NCBI RefSeq assembly: GCF_963921235.1
Contig: NC_086107.1
Location: forward strand, 101,558,001 to 101,622,000
Direction: 5' to 3'
DNA: 64,000 nt
Source of the DNA: Mobula hypostoma
Lineage: Eukaryota
Every line of letters begins with the position of its first letter. The first letter of the stretch is position 1. Positions 13,041-25,411 of this stretch are shown here, one piece after another. Position numbers and translations under genes: made by a program. The notes below the pieces were generated by a model. It was given only the letters and a program-made list of their open reading frames with translations, was not told the origin of the DNA and searched no databases.

Positions 13041-15084
13041 TTATAAAGCTGGGGAATTTAAATGCACAGATATTGCAGAAGCATGTAGGTGCCTTTGTAT
13101 ATGAAACACAAGAATCAAGTCCAACAAATAAATAAGAGGCAAGGCATTAACAGCAAAAGGGATAGGGTATAAAACTAAAGATATTCTATTGCATCTGTAC
13201 AAGGCGTCGTGAAACCACTCATGGAGTAATACATACAATAGAGAGATATACTTGCATTGACAGCAGTTCAGAGAAAGTTCACTGGTAGATTATTGGGATG
13301 AATGCATTATATTTTGAGTAAATATTGAACGAGTTTGAACTTGAAAGAATGAGAGGTGATTTTAAAACAAGTAAGATTCTAAGGAGAATTGACTAAGAAG
13401 ATGTTGAGAGGATGTTTCCTCTTGTGTAGGATTCCTGAACTAGGAGGCCTAGTTTCTGAATAAGATGTCACCCACTCAAGAAAAAAAATATATAGTGTTG
13501 TGAATGTTTGGCATTCTTCACCCAGAGTGTTGTAGAGACCAAAAGATTGATATACATAAGGCTGATACAGGCGTACTTTTGATCAATAAGGCAATAATGG
13601 ATTAAGGGGAAAAGGGAGAAAAATGGAGCTAAAACCATGAGTTTAGTGAATTACAAAAATGGCTCACGTGCACATATGGTTGTCTACTTACTTTACTTCT
13701 TATGTTTGTATCAAACACTATCCGCAGATTTAAAACTGGAATGAAAACAGGAAATAATGGAGACATGCAGTGGGTCAAGCAGAATTCCACTGGGGTGAAA
13801 TTAAAAACTTGAATTACATTAGTAATATCCTCTGGTGTATCACTTGATTTGTTAACAAATTTGCACAGTATTTATATGCATTGCTCAAAGTTTAGTTTTA
13901 GAGAAGTAGGTATCAATCTATGGGCCAATGTCCTCACTTTTGGAGGAAAAGAGTGCTCTTTTGAGAATACTGTATAACTAGTCTAACTGATAAGGGAAAC
14001 ACTGTTCATGTAGTGAATTAGATTTTTAGAAGGACTTTGATTGCTTCTAGCAAGAAGTTAGTGTGCAAAATTAAAGCGTATTAATTGGGATAATATTCTG
14101 ACATTGATTATAAACTGGCTGACAGTGAACAGAGTAGAAATAAATGGCATTTTTCTAGATGAGAAGTTATCGTTATGTACTACAGGAATGAATGCTTGAT
14201 TTCTGGCTACTCACAATATATATTAATGATTGGGATGAGGGATGAGTAGGATTGTGAGTTATGAAAAACCAAAGAAACTTGAAGATTATTTAGACATATT
14301 AAGTGGACAGGCAAATGTAAGGACAATGCAGTAGATACATAGACAACATAGATAAATGTGAAATTATAATTTTAATACGAAAAATCAGAAAGGCAGCTTT
14401 AATGCTCGTAGATTGGGAAATATTGATGCACAAAGGGAGTTGGGTATCTTTCTATACAAGTTACAGAAAGCAACATGCATGTTCTCCAAGCAGTTAAGCC
14501 AATTGCTCTCACTGTAAAAAGTTTTGAGTGCAAAAGAAAGAATGCCTTACTACAATTATACAGGGTCCTGGTTTGACCTCACTTCAAATGAGTACTGTGT
14601 ACAATTTGGTATCCTTGTCTAAGGAAGAATATAATTGCCACAGGAAGTTCAACAAAGATTCATCTGACTGATTCCTTGAGGAGCTGGAATGTTGTTTGGT
14701 GAGAGATTCAGTTGACTTAACCTGTACTCAATCAGATTATTAGTATGAGGGGAATCTCATTAAAAAGTATAAAATTATGACGTCCATACAGACTGAATGC
14801 AGAAATGAAAAATCAACATTTTGGTATGAGATCCTTCAACGGTCTAGATGAAGAGTTTTGACCTGAAACCTTGATTGTCCATTTCTCCCCGCAAATGCTG
14901 CCTGACCCAGTAAGTCCTTCCAGTGCCTTGTGTGCAGGAATATGGCTTTGAGCTAGAGGATTAGACATGATCATGTTGAATATCAGAAAAAAACAAGAAG
15001 GGTTTTTAGAAAGTCAGAAATTGGAGGTGCAAAGGGCTTGGGAGTCCTAGTGCAGGATTCTCAAAAGGTTAACTTGTAGGTTGA

Positions 15085-16380
15085 AGCAACACTCACAACA
15101 TGCTGGAGGAACTCAGCAGGTCGGGCAGCATCCATGGAAAAGATCGGTTAACGTTTCAGGCCAGAACCCTTCGTCAGGACTGTAGGGGGAAAGGGCAGAG
15201 GCCCTATAAAGCAGGTAGGGGGAGGGTGGGAAGGAGAAGGCTGGTAGGTTCCAGGTAAAAAACCAGTAAGGGGAAAGATAAAGGGGTGGGGGAAGGGAGG
15301 CAGGGAGGTGATAGGCAAGAAAGGTGAAGAAAGAATAGGGGAAAACACAATGGGTAGTAGAAGGAGGCAGAACCAAGAGGGAGGTGGTAGGCAGCTGGGG
15401 GAGGGGGCAGAGTGACATAGGGATAGGGGAAGGGAGGGGGAGGGAATTACCGGAAGTTGGAGAATTCTATGTTCATACCAAGGGGCTGGAGAATACCTAG
15501 ACGGTATATGAGGTGTTGCTCCTCCAACCTGAGTTTAGCCTCATCATGGCAGTGGAGGAGGCTATGTATGGACATATCTGAATGGGAGTGGGAAGCAGAG
15601 TTGAAGTGGGTGGCTACTGGGAGATCCTGTCTGTTTTGGCGGACGGAGCGGAGGTGCTCGACGAAGTGGTCCCCCAATCTGCATCGGGTTTCACCGATGT
15701 AGAGGAGGCCGCACCGAGATCACCGGATGCAATAGATGACCCCAACAGACTTACAAGTGAAGTGTTGCCTCACTTGGAAGTACTGTTTGGGGCCCTGAAT
15801 GGTGGCAAGAGAGGAGGTGTAGGGACAGGTGTAGCACCTGCGCTTACAGGGATAAGTGCCAGGTGGGAGATCCGTTGGGAGGGACGTATTACCAGGGAGT
15901 CGCAGAGGGACCGATCCCTGTGGAAGGTGGAGAGGGGTGGAGAGGGAAAGATGTGCTTAGTGGTGGGGTCCTGTTGAAGGTGGCGGAAGTTGCGGAGGAT
16001 AATGTGTTGGATCCGGAGGCTAGTGGGGTGGTAGGTGAGGACAAGGGGAACTCTGTCCCTGTTGTGGTGGCGGGAGGATGGGGTGAGAGCCGAAGTGTGG
16101 GAAATGGAGGAGATGCAGGTGAGGGCATCATTGATGACAGCGGAAGGGAAACCACGATCCTTAAAGAAAGAGGACATTTGAGATCTCCTGGAATGGAAAA
16201 CCTCATCCTCGGAGCAGATGCAGCGGAGACGGAGGAACTGGGAATAGGGAATGGCATTTTTGCATGTGGCGGGGTGGGAAGAAGTATAGTTGAGGTAGTT
16301 ATGACAGTCAGTGGGCTTGTAGAAGATGTCAGTGGACAGTCTATCTCTAGAGATGGAGACAGAGAGTGTTTTGTGTTTAC
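15085..16380 (-). mobile_element. Penelope-like element, 5'-truncated: RT thumb, GIY-YIG endonuclease, pyrimidine-rich UTR and hammerhead motif
   Basis: TDIFYKPTDCHNYLNYTSSHP...IPYSQFLRL; VIYCI...CGLLYIGET...HLRSVRQ...VATHFNS; 14-bp TSD aacttgtaggttga at 15071-15084 and 16381-16394, within a CR1. Confidence 0.93.
15145..15182 (-). ncRNA. Minimal type I hammerhead ribozyme motif with damaged stem I
   Basis: CAGTC-CTGACGA-A-GGG ttctgg CCT-GAAAC-GTT-AACCG; core intact, stem I mismatched. Confidence 0.55.
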
Positions 16381-16394
16381 AACTTGTAGGTTGA

Positions 16395-17100
16395 GTTGGT
16401 AGTAAGGAAGACAACTACAATGTTAGCATTCATTTCCAGAGGACTAGAATGTAAAAGCAAGGATGTAATTCTGAGGCTTTATAAAGCATTGGTCAGACCA
16501 CACCTGGAGTATTGAGAATAGTTTTGGGCCCTGAATCTAAGAAAAGATGTGTAAGGGTCCAGAGGAGGTTTACAAGAATGATCTTGGGATTGAAAAGACT
16601 AACATGCAAGCAGTGTTTGATGGCTCTCGGCCTGTACCCATAGGAGTTTAGAAAAAATGGGAGGTGGTGGTGGGGGAATCTCATTGAAACATATCAAATA
16701 TTGAAAGGCGTAGACAGAGTGGTCATGAAGAGGATGTTTCCAATAGTGAAAGAATCTAGGACAAAGGGCACAGCCTCAAAATAGAAGCCTGTCCTTTTAG
16801 AACAAGATGAAGAGGAATTTCTTTCGTCAGAGGGTGGTGAATTTGTGGAATTCATTGTCACGGATGGATGTGGAGGCCAAGACAATAGGCATATTTAAAG
16901 CAGAGGTGGATAGGTTTTTGATTAGTAAGAGTGTTAAAGATTATAGGGAGAAAGCAGGATAATGGAATTGAGAAGGAAAATTAATTCACCATGACTGAAT
17001 GGTGCAGCAGATGTGATAGGCTGAATAGTCTAATTTGCTCCTATGTCTTATGGTCTAAGGGCTGAATGAACTTATTCCTACTTTTATATGCTATGTTATG
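16395..17100 (+). mobile_element. CR1 3' part; its upstream continuation lies before the PLE at about 15000-15084
   Basis: LVRPHLEY remnants and tail ttgctcctatgtcttatggtct. Confidence 0.85.
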
Positions 17101-17381
17101 TTTCTGTTTAAAACTGTCTCACTTCTACAGTTCTGAAGGAGAGTCATTGAGTAGGAACATTAATTATTTCTCTTTACACAGATCCCCAACACTTCCAGAT
17201 TTTATTTCAACTGTCTAATCCCTGCAATTTTTAGTTTTAATTTACAGTTATTTAAAATTGGATTCATTTTCCTAATGCAAGCACCCTGAACAACAGAATA
17301 AATGGGTAAACAGCATATAGCAGGCTTTAAAAAAAAATCAAACTGCTAGCCACTTGTCAATGTGCATTAAGCAAAGGATAC

Positions 17382-17500
17382 ACAATTTTCATGGCACTGG
17401 GTTGAGTTGAGGTTCTGCCTTCCAGCTCCTTCAACAAGGAATTAATAACCTCCATGTCTTTCTGTCCTATATTGAGCAGTTTGCCACTTTGCAGATTCAA
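17382..17500 (-). CDS. MEI1: MEI1 penultimate coding exon (LNLQSGKLLNIGQKDMEVINSLLKELEGRTSTQPSAMKI)
   Basis: Acceptor tttactttttag; ends GT|gtatcctttgc (U12-type donor); 119 nt, phase 0 to 2. Confidence 0.8.
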
Positions 17501-17759
17501 CTAAAAAGTAAATAAAAAAATCATAAGTTGGACATCAGTAAGAGCTATATACACAATGTATCTCAAGTGTGATTGGATATAGATACACTTACATGGCGCA
17601 CTGTACCTCACAGATGGAATTAACACAAATCTTACGTGACTTAGCCTGGGTGGAAACCCTGGCTCAAAGAGTTTGTACAGGTCAATACCATTGATATCTC
17701 TGTAGGTATTCTTTCTTCTTTGAGCCATTTACTTGTGTGTTCTCTCTGGAGATCAAAAG

Positions 17760-17947
17760 TACTATGTAGACTGATACCTCAGCATAGTATTATGAGAGTG
17801 CTGTGCTGCTGATGATGGTAAGAAATTAAACCATGGCTCCAGTTGTGTACTCAGGTAGTTGCTAAAAAATAAATCTGTGGCACTATTCTGACTAAGAGCA
17901 CAGGTGCCCTGTCTGGTGTCCTGGCCAATACATCTTAGCTAATGTCA
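17760..17947 (+). mobile_element. Deu-domain SINE remnant (SacSINE1/AmnSINE1-like)
   Basis: gactgatacctcagcatagtattatgagagtgctgtgctg...ttaaaccatggctcc...tggcactatt...ggtgtcctggccaata resembles the recalled Deu core. Confidence 0.55.
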
Positions 17948-19754
17948 TTAGATCTGATTCTGGTAATTATTCAGAGTCAGATTTATTTGTCGCATGTACA
18001 TTGAAACATAGTGAAATGTGTTGTTTGTGTTAGCAACTAACACACCCAAGGATATTCTGGGCCAGCCCGCAAGTGTCGCCACACATTCTGGCGCCAACAT
18101 AGTAATGCCTACCAAGAAAAACAACAACAGAAGAAAACAAGACAACAAGAGCATAACAAGTCCCTTTCCTATCTTCTCAACCCCCCAACCCAGACAGACA
18201 GAAAGGTCTCTGACCAGGGCAGGCCACCACTTGGCCCCTCAGACTAGCAGACATCAGGCCTCCAGCCTCCAGACTTTGGGCTTGACTCACAGATTCAACA
18301 TTCTGGTCTCTATCTCCAGACTCACTGACTTCAGTCTTCAACCTCCATGGCATATTGGTACTCTGTTTCCAAGATTAGAGGTATTACCATTTTTAAAAAT
18401 ACTTTATAGTAAAAAAAAACTTTGTTGCTGTAAAACGTATGATATAAAAGCAAAATTTTCTGACCATTACAAATGAGACAGGCTAACTCAGAACACTGCA
18501 GTTCACAAACTTGTGATCTTAATGCTCATTCTATCTACAATATCAAAACAATCAAAGCAGACAAACAGTAGGCAAAATTTAACCTGTCTATATGGTGGAA
18601 ATGAACAAAAACACTGTTAAAATGGTTACAAAGTCTAATCCATAGGGGCCCTACTTTTCTTTTTGATGGCAAGTTATATACCTTGCAGAATAATGTCTTT
18701 GAGGAAACAAAATCCTCCTCCCATTTTCTTAAAAAGCAGAATGTTACAGATGCTGAAAATGTGCACATTTTGAAGGTCAGGCAGCATTCTAGAGAAAAAT
18801 TAGTCATCTGACACATTAATTCTCTTCCTCAATTAACAGATGCTGAGTGTCCCTAGCATTTTTGTTTTTATTACCAAACATTTCCGGCTGGATCTGGGAA
18901 AGAGGCTGGAATGAGCCACAACATCAAGGCTACAAGTTACAATCTAGGAGATTTTACATTCAAAAGGCCAATTTATTCTTTGCCCAGTTGTGTCTTGTAT
19001 AAACCTCAACAAAAACTAAAATTTAAGCTAATGTATTTCCTGTCTCACTTGATACTCTCTGAAAATATCTAATTAGGATAGCAATATAATACAGATGCAA
19101 GGGTAGATCCTTTGGAGTAGGTACTCAAGAGCAGATCACTAAATGCAACAGTGGAAAGGGTTTTAAAATTTACCAAAGGATTTTGATTTTTTTCTACATA
19201 TGCAGTGTTAAAATTATTTGTAAAAGAGTTGATCACCTTTGAAAGTTAGTTTAACTAGTTTGTCAGTTATTCTCTTTATACAGTAATTCTACTAAATTAT
19301 ACCGAATTGTTACACAATAACTCTTATAATATCAGAGTGATAACCCGTAACCTCTTACTATACAGCTTGTTGAGCACACTATTTAAATTGCATTGATGAC
19401 AAGCGCAGGCTCTTCATTTTAAAAAAAGGATAAACTACCCAAGTTATAAATACCATCATTGTCTTTCATATCTGCAGGTTACATATTAATCATTTTCCTG
19501 AGTGAGTAAAGAACCAACTGAGCAAGAAAATAATTAATTAATTTTTGCTAACTGTCAATTAACTAGTGTGGAGGAATACACTGGTTGAGGTGAGTAATTT
19601 TTACAGATGCAATAAGGGCTGTTTTCTCTCCAACATAAAACGAAGGAGCTTCACCATCTTTATTAGATTGACTGACATAAGTTCTATTGTAGTATTTTTT
19701 AAAAAAAAGGTCAACCAAGAAACAGTAAAACAGAATTATCAGGGTGTGGGTATT

Positions 19755-20470
19755 ATTTATCACTAGTACTTGCCCTTGAGAAAGTGGTGATGAGGAATCT
19801 TTTCAAACTTCTGAAATTGTAAAATTCAGGTACTTCTAAAGTGCTGATGGATGTGGAATTGCCAGGTTAATAGGAAAGATGGAAACTGAGCACTGGGGCT
19901 CTATTGTTCAGGACTGACTGGTGTAGGATGTGCACATATTGCATAAATATAACATTAATGACCTGCTTAAGCCTTAATTCTTGCTAATGTAGGAATGGAA
20001 TGCTTCAGTATTTAAGGAATTTAATTTGCGTTGAGCACCATATAACCACCAGAGAACATCTTCATATATGATCTTTGGATGTGGAGTAGACTGTTGAGAA
20101 GCAGTTGAATTTCTTTGAGCTAAATGCAAGCCCTGAGAATCTCCTTACTAATGTTCTGGTCTGAGATAACCAGTTGTCTAATAACCACAATCAACAATTT
20201 TTATGATAGCTACAAATCCAGGAAGTACAGTGTTTCCTCATGAACCCTTCTGAATTCATTGCCACTAAGACTAATTAGTTGAACAGCTAGTCAAAACTGA
20301 CTTGATTGTCAAAGACCGTAACTCATATCAATTCTGGAAACGTGCTGTAATGAGCACCAGTGAGCAGCTAAATCATGAGTAACAGACAATTGATAGCAGC
20401 GATGAAGACTCTCTTCCATCATTGTTCTGATGACCATGAGAATGCTGAAGGAAATAATGAGGTGATAGTG
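19755..20470 (-). mobile_element. Old CR1/L2-group LINE fragment, same family as 59380-60590
   Basis: Degraded reverse complement of the RT region seen at 59450-59800. Confidence 0.5.
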
Positions 20471-20973
20471 AATAACTTAGCCATTTATAATTAATAGGCT
20501 TTATAACTGGTTTTCCATTCTATAGTTCAATAAATTAAGTACAAATAAATCAGGGGGTTGGTTTTGCCACCATACTTCAGTATAATAATTGAACAATGTT
20601 GATAGATATTTTTTAATTATCTAATTTGTAACAAATTGAAAATGACAACTGTTCGTAGATTTTTGATAATAGAAACTCGCTAAATTCTCACCCTATACCA
20701 TCTTTATATTTTTATTAAATACATAACAGTTGATTCTAGTTATATTGTTTGTTGGTAGCAGCTAGATTGATATTCAGCCCTTATCTATGTCATTCTCTTA
20801 AAAACAAATTTCCGTCAGCAAACCTACGTAATTCTGATTCATAAGGTTCCATCACGACTTTATCTTTGTTAGCTTTGTTTAGTTAGTAACGTAATTTCCA
20901 GTGCAAAGCCTACTTGACATAAATGCCTGCTGCAAAAAAAGTACTGCATACTGTACACCAGAATATACTTTAC

Positions 20974-21105
20974 CTGTTTTAGAAAATTAATCAAAGCTTC
21001 AGCAGCCTCACTGCTCAATTCCTCCAACTTTAGCTGTGCTGCCATCTGTAGGACTCGCTTTACATCAGATGCAGAAACAATGTTCTTAGTGTGGTACTTC
21101 AGAAA
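20974..21105 (-). CDS. MEI1: MEI1 coding exon (FLKYHTKNIVSASDVKRVLQMAAQLKLEELSSEAAEALINFLKQ)
   Basis: Acceptor tttttcaacag, donor CAG|gtaaag; 132 nt, phase 0 to 0; within ORF 20869..21225. Confidence 0.9.
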
Positions 21106-21989
21106 CTGTTGAAAAACACAAAATATCCATAGTTGATAAAACATAATAGTATTAAAGAGTAGCATTAAAAACTTGCAGGACCAACTGGCAAAGTAATAAC
21201 CAAAGAGTAGAATTATTGCGATCACAGCCTACAGATAGGGCTCTGAATACCTTATTGGGTATTTACTGTTAGGTAAATGCTCTGATGTAAAGCAATTAAC
21301 CTAGAAGCCTCAGACAAGTAAGAAGAGGGAGTAAAAGGGAAAGCGGTATTGCACTGCAAGTGAAAAGTTGCATTCTTTAAGTACTGAGGCAGGATATCCA
21401 AGGTGGTTTCTCAAACAAGCACATATGGATAGAGATTGGAAACAAAATGTGTGTTATTACTTTTCTGGGGTGTATTATAGACTTCCCCACAGTCAACAAG
21501 AGACAGAGAATATGTTGGCAGATATCAGAGAGAGGCAATAACAAAAAAAAAGAAGGCATTGTACTAAGGAATTTTAATTCCCCAATTGTTAACTGGAATC
21601 ACCTCAGCACAAAAGGCTCTGAAGGGGAAGAATTTTGAGAAGTGCCCAAAGGAGCTTTTTGAATTAGTACAGTATGTAACTAGATCAGCATAGGATGGAA
21701 CATTACTAGAACTTATCTTGGGTAATGTAGCTTGTAAGTGGAGAGAATTTCAGTGAAGGAATACTTTGAAGATACTGACTATAATTCCATATATTTTAAA
21801 ATGGATATAGAAAAAGATAGTGATGGGCTAGTAATCAAGGTCTTAAATTAGTTGAAGGCCAATTTCATTAACATAAGGAGGACCTGGTAAAAGTAGATTG
21901 GGAGTAACTACTTGCAGGTAAATCTGTATTTGCACAGTGGGAAGTATTCAAAGGACAAACAGCAAGAGTTCAAGGCAAACATGTTCCTA

Positions 21990-23340
21990 CAACTGGGTGA
22001 CTGTCAGGAGAAACAGGGAAAATGCACAGCCAATGCAGAGTACACCTGTGGACATTCCCCTCAAAAATAAAAATATAACTTTAGAGATTATTGGGGAGGG
22101 GCAGTGACTGTGGCTCAGGAGAGCAAAGAGGTGAAGAGAACTGCAATGTTGATACAAGATTCCTTAGTCAGAGGAACAGAGATGAGGTTTTGTGGGGGCA
22201 ATAGAGACACCCAGATGGTGTGTTGCCTCCCTGGTGCCAGGATCAGGGATGTCTTGGATTGTGTCCATGACATTCTCAAGGGGGAGGGTGAGCAGCCAGA
22301 AGTCTTTGTACATATTGGCACCAATATCATAGATAGACAAGATGAGGAGGTCCTGAAGAAAGATTTTAGGGAGCTAGGTAGCAAGCAGGGTAGTAATCGC
22401 TGGATTGCTGCCTGTGCCATACGCCAGTAAGGGTAAGAATAGGATGAGTCGGCTGAGGAACTGGTGCGGGGACAGAGGTTCAGATTTATAGATCATTGGG
22501 ATCTCTTCTGGGGAAGATATGACCTGTGCAAAAGATGAGCTCGAGGGAGTCCAATATCCTCACAGGCAGGTTGGCTGGAGTTGTTCGGCTAGGTTTAAAC
22601 TTGGTTTACAAAAAGAGACTCCTAGCAAGGAGAGGCTGATGTTAGGGCAAAGTTGCAGTCAACAGGATGAGTTGCAAGGTAAAAGGTGGACAAAATCAAA
22701 AAATTGTGAATACAGGATGAAAGGTGTTACATTTGAATTCGTGCAGTATATGGCTTAAGGTCGATGAACCTGTAGCACAGTTACAGATTGGCAAGTATGA
22801 TGTTGTAGGTATCTTTGAATCACGGCTGAAAGAAGATTATAGCTGGGAGCTTAATGTCCAAGGATACACATTGTATCGAAAGGATAGACAGGAAGGCAGA
22901 GGGGGTGGCATGGCTCTCTTGGTAAAAACAATTGAATTATATCAAATCATTAGAAAGAGGTGACATAGAGTCGGAAGGTGTTGAACCGTTGTGGAGACAG
23001 CCAAGGAACTGCAAGGGTAAAAGGACCCTGATGGGAGTTATATACTGACCCCCAAACTGTAGGAAGTGTATGGTCATGCACTTTGGTAGAAGAAATGGAA
23101 GGGTTGACTATTTTCTAAATGGAGAGAAAATACAAAAATCTGAGGCACTAAGGGATTTGGGAGTCCTTGTGCAGGATTCTCTAGAGGTGAGGAAGGCAAA
23201 TGCAGTGTTAGTATTCATTTCAAGAGGACTAGAATATAAAAGAAAGGATGTAATGTTGAAACTTTATGAAGCACAGGTGAGGCCTCACTTGGAGTATTAT
23301 GAGCAGTTTTGGACCCTTTATCTTAGAAAGGATTTGCTGA
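21990..23340 (+). mobile_element. CR1 with ORF1 SGNH-esterase remnant, endonuclease start and internally deleted ORF2
   Basis: DSLVRGTE...CCLPGARIRDV...VHIGTN; YTLYRKDRQEGRGGG; jumps to VMHFGRRN...VRPHLEY. Confidence 0.85.
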
Positions 23341-23344
23341 CAGT

Positions 23345-23570
23345 AATATGGAGGTATCAACATTAGTGTACCAGTTCACAGAAATGGAGGGAGTTCGGGT
23401 GGAAAAACCTGATAAGACCTTTTATTACACCCTCTCAGAAATCCCATTATGATAGTAACCTCCCTGTTTGCTGGAGAAATTGTGGAAATCAAAATGCAAA
23501 CCATTATCATATTTTCTGGGAATGCCCCGTTATCAAAGACTATTGGAGTGGGATACATAATGCCCATGAT
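23345..23570 (+). mobile_element. L1-clade ORF2 cysteine-rich fragment
   Basis: CWRNCGNQNANHYHIFWECPVIKDYWSGIHNA. Confidence 0.7.
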
Positions 23571-23796
23571 GCAAAGATCATCTATCGCCAAATATGCAGC
23601 AATCTCTTCCCTCGCTTTCTATAGTAAACTAGGATATATCCCGTGTGGTCCTGGGGACTTATCTATCCTGATGGCTGAGTTCATACGATAATTAGGAATA
23701 GACAACAAATGCTAGATTTGCAATTCCCCTCCTGCGAATAAGTTAAAAAAATCTTTTTATGTGAAACCTGCTGTAACCCATGTTAATGATCCTTAC

Positions 23797-23903
23797 CATA
23801 GCAAGAAGACTGAGGACGCCAGAACTGAGAAGGCATCTCTGTGCAGAATTCACCAATGTAAAAAGAAGGAATCGACTCCAGGGCTGTGACATCACATGAC
23901 AGA
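23797..23903 (-). CDS. MEI1: MEI1 coding exon (VCHVMSQPWSRFLLFTLVNSAQRCLLSSGVLSLLAM)
   Basis: Acceptor tttctttag, donor ATG|gtaagg; 107 nt, phase 1 to 0; SQPW.RFLLFTL motif. Confidence 0.92.
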
Positions 23904-24639
23904 CTAAAGAAATGACATATGGTTTAGTGGACTCAAAGCAAGCCTTTAATATAATGTACTTTCCTTCAGATTGCAGACCAAATTAACTTTCATTATAATC
24001 TGTTCAGAAGGTTGGCTTATTTCCACTGCATGATTAATTGACCAAAATGATAACATCGGGTCCAAATTCGCAGCATATTTTTAATAACAGATTTTACATA
24101 GGTTTTTATTGTACTACACTACTGAGTGGAATAGAAATTGTTTCTGGTTTTCCATCCGAAAGTCTGTCCTCCTGAATTCCCAGTTCTATGCTTACTGCAT
24201 ACTGATATCAGCAAGACTGAAATATGAGGTGTAGCTGCATCTGAGATCAGCTCATACGGATAAAGAGTCTGAAGAACAGAGAATTTGAATAGCAAATTTT
24301 CCCACTGAAAAGAAACCAGAGTGCATTTATTTTTATTCTGCTCAAAATGCTATGTCCTTGCTTCTTGATAACAACTGGGCAATCTTAATATCATCCTTTC
24401 CAGCTGGAGAAGCTTCTCAAGAAAGGACATCCCATATCCTTCTAGAATATCATTAAACCACAGTTACAGGTGAGGTAGAGGATGAAGTAAAGGAGAATGA
24501 AGTAGCACCCATCAGATATGAAATCAGATAACCTGCCTTATGAGAATCTTTGTCAGGTTCCATAGATGGCATGGTGACGCAGCAGTTAACACTTTGGCTT
24601 CAATATGTAAGTGGCAAATGAATCAAAAGTTATAGGGAT

Positions 24640-24855
24640 ACTTTATACTTCATTGTCGCCAAACAATTGATACTAGAACGTACAATCATCACAGTGATAT
24701 TTGATTCTGCGCTTCCCACTCCCTGGATTACAAATCGATAGTAAATCTTAAAAATGTAAATTATAAATCATAAATAGAAAAGAGAAAAATGGAAAGTAAG
24801 GTAGTGCAAAAAAACCGAGAGGCAGGTCCGGATATTTGGAGGGTACGGCCCAGAT
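24640..24855 (-). mobile_element. Rex1/Babar 3' UTR fragment
   Basis: Reverse complement of 25905-26120. Confidence 0.8.
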
Positions 24856-25411
24856 GAGAGAGAACAAGCTGAAGGGCTGTAGGGGAATAAGATGACAAGA
24901 AATTGGATTAATGAAATTATTCTGCTGTAGACTGGTGTGGAGACCAATAGGACAAATGGTATTTACCTTCTGTGTTACAATAAATGTTTGATAAGAACAT
25001 GACTTACACTTATTGAAGTAACAAGAAAGATAGAGATAGAAATTTACAGGATAGGTGCAGGCACTGTGACCCACCATGTCTGTACTGACAATGATGCAAA
25101 TTAAACAAATCCTATGATCCTATGTGCCTGCACGAAGTCCATACCTCTCTATGCCCTGCCTGTTCATATGTCTGCTTAAATGTCTCTTTTTGCTTCTACT
25201 GCCTCCCTTGGTAGACAGTTCCAGGCACCCACCACTCTTGTAATTCTTTAAACTTTCCCCTTCAAATCTTACCTATGTCATCTCATATTTGAATAGCCAT
25301 TAAAAACTCTATCTTCTCTATATATATTTCCAATAATTTAACTTAGTTCTTAGCAGGCCAGCTTTCAATACTACAGAGAAAACAACCTCTTCTTATAGGT
25401 AATACCTCTTC

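Larger units (their letters stand above)
6654..17381 (-). other. U12-type (minor spliceosome) GT-AG intron of MEI1
   Basis: 5' splice site GTATCCTTT (17373-17381); branch site TTTCCATTAAC (6666-6676) about 13 nt from the acceptor; no polypyrimidine tract between them. Confidence 0.78.

Noticed and set aside
17357..17500. Treating this exon as the true last exon, ending ...IVYPLLNAH*
   Set aside because: A perfect U12 donor lies inside it, and a phase-compatible exon resembling the human C-terminus exists at 6596-6653. Kept only as a possible alternative isoform.
18018..18476. 152-aa ORF as a nested gene
   Set aside because: Overlaps repeat-like, low-complexity sequence; no ATG start, domain or splice support.
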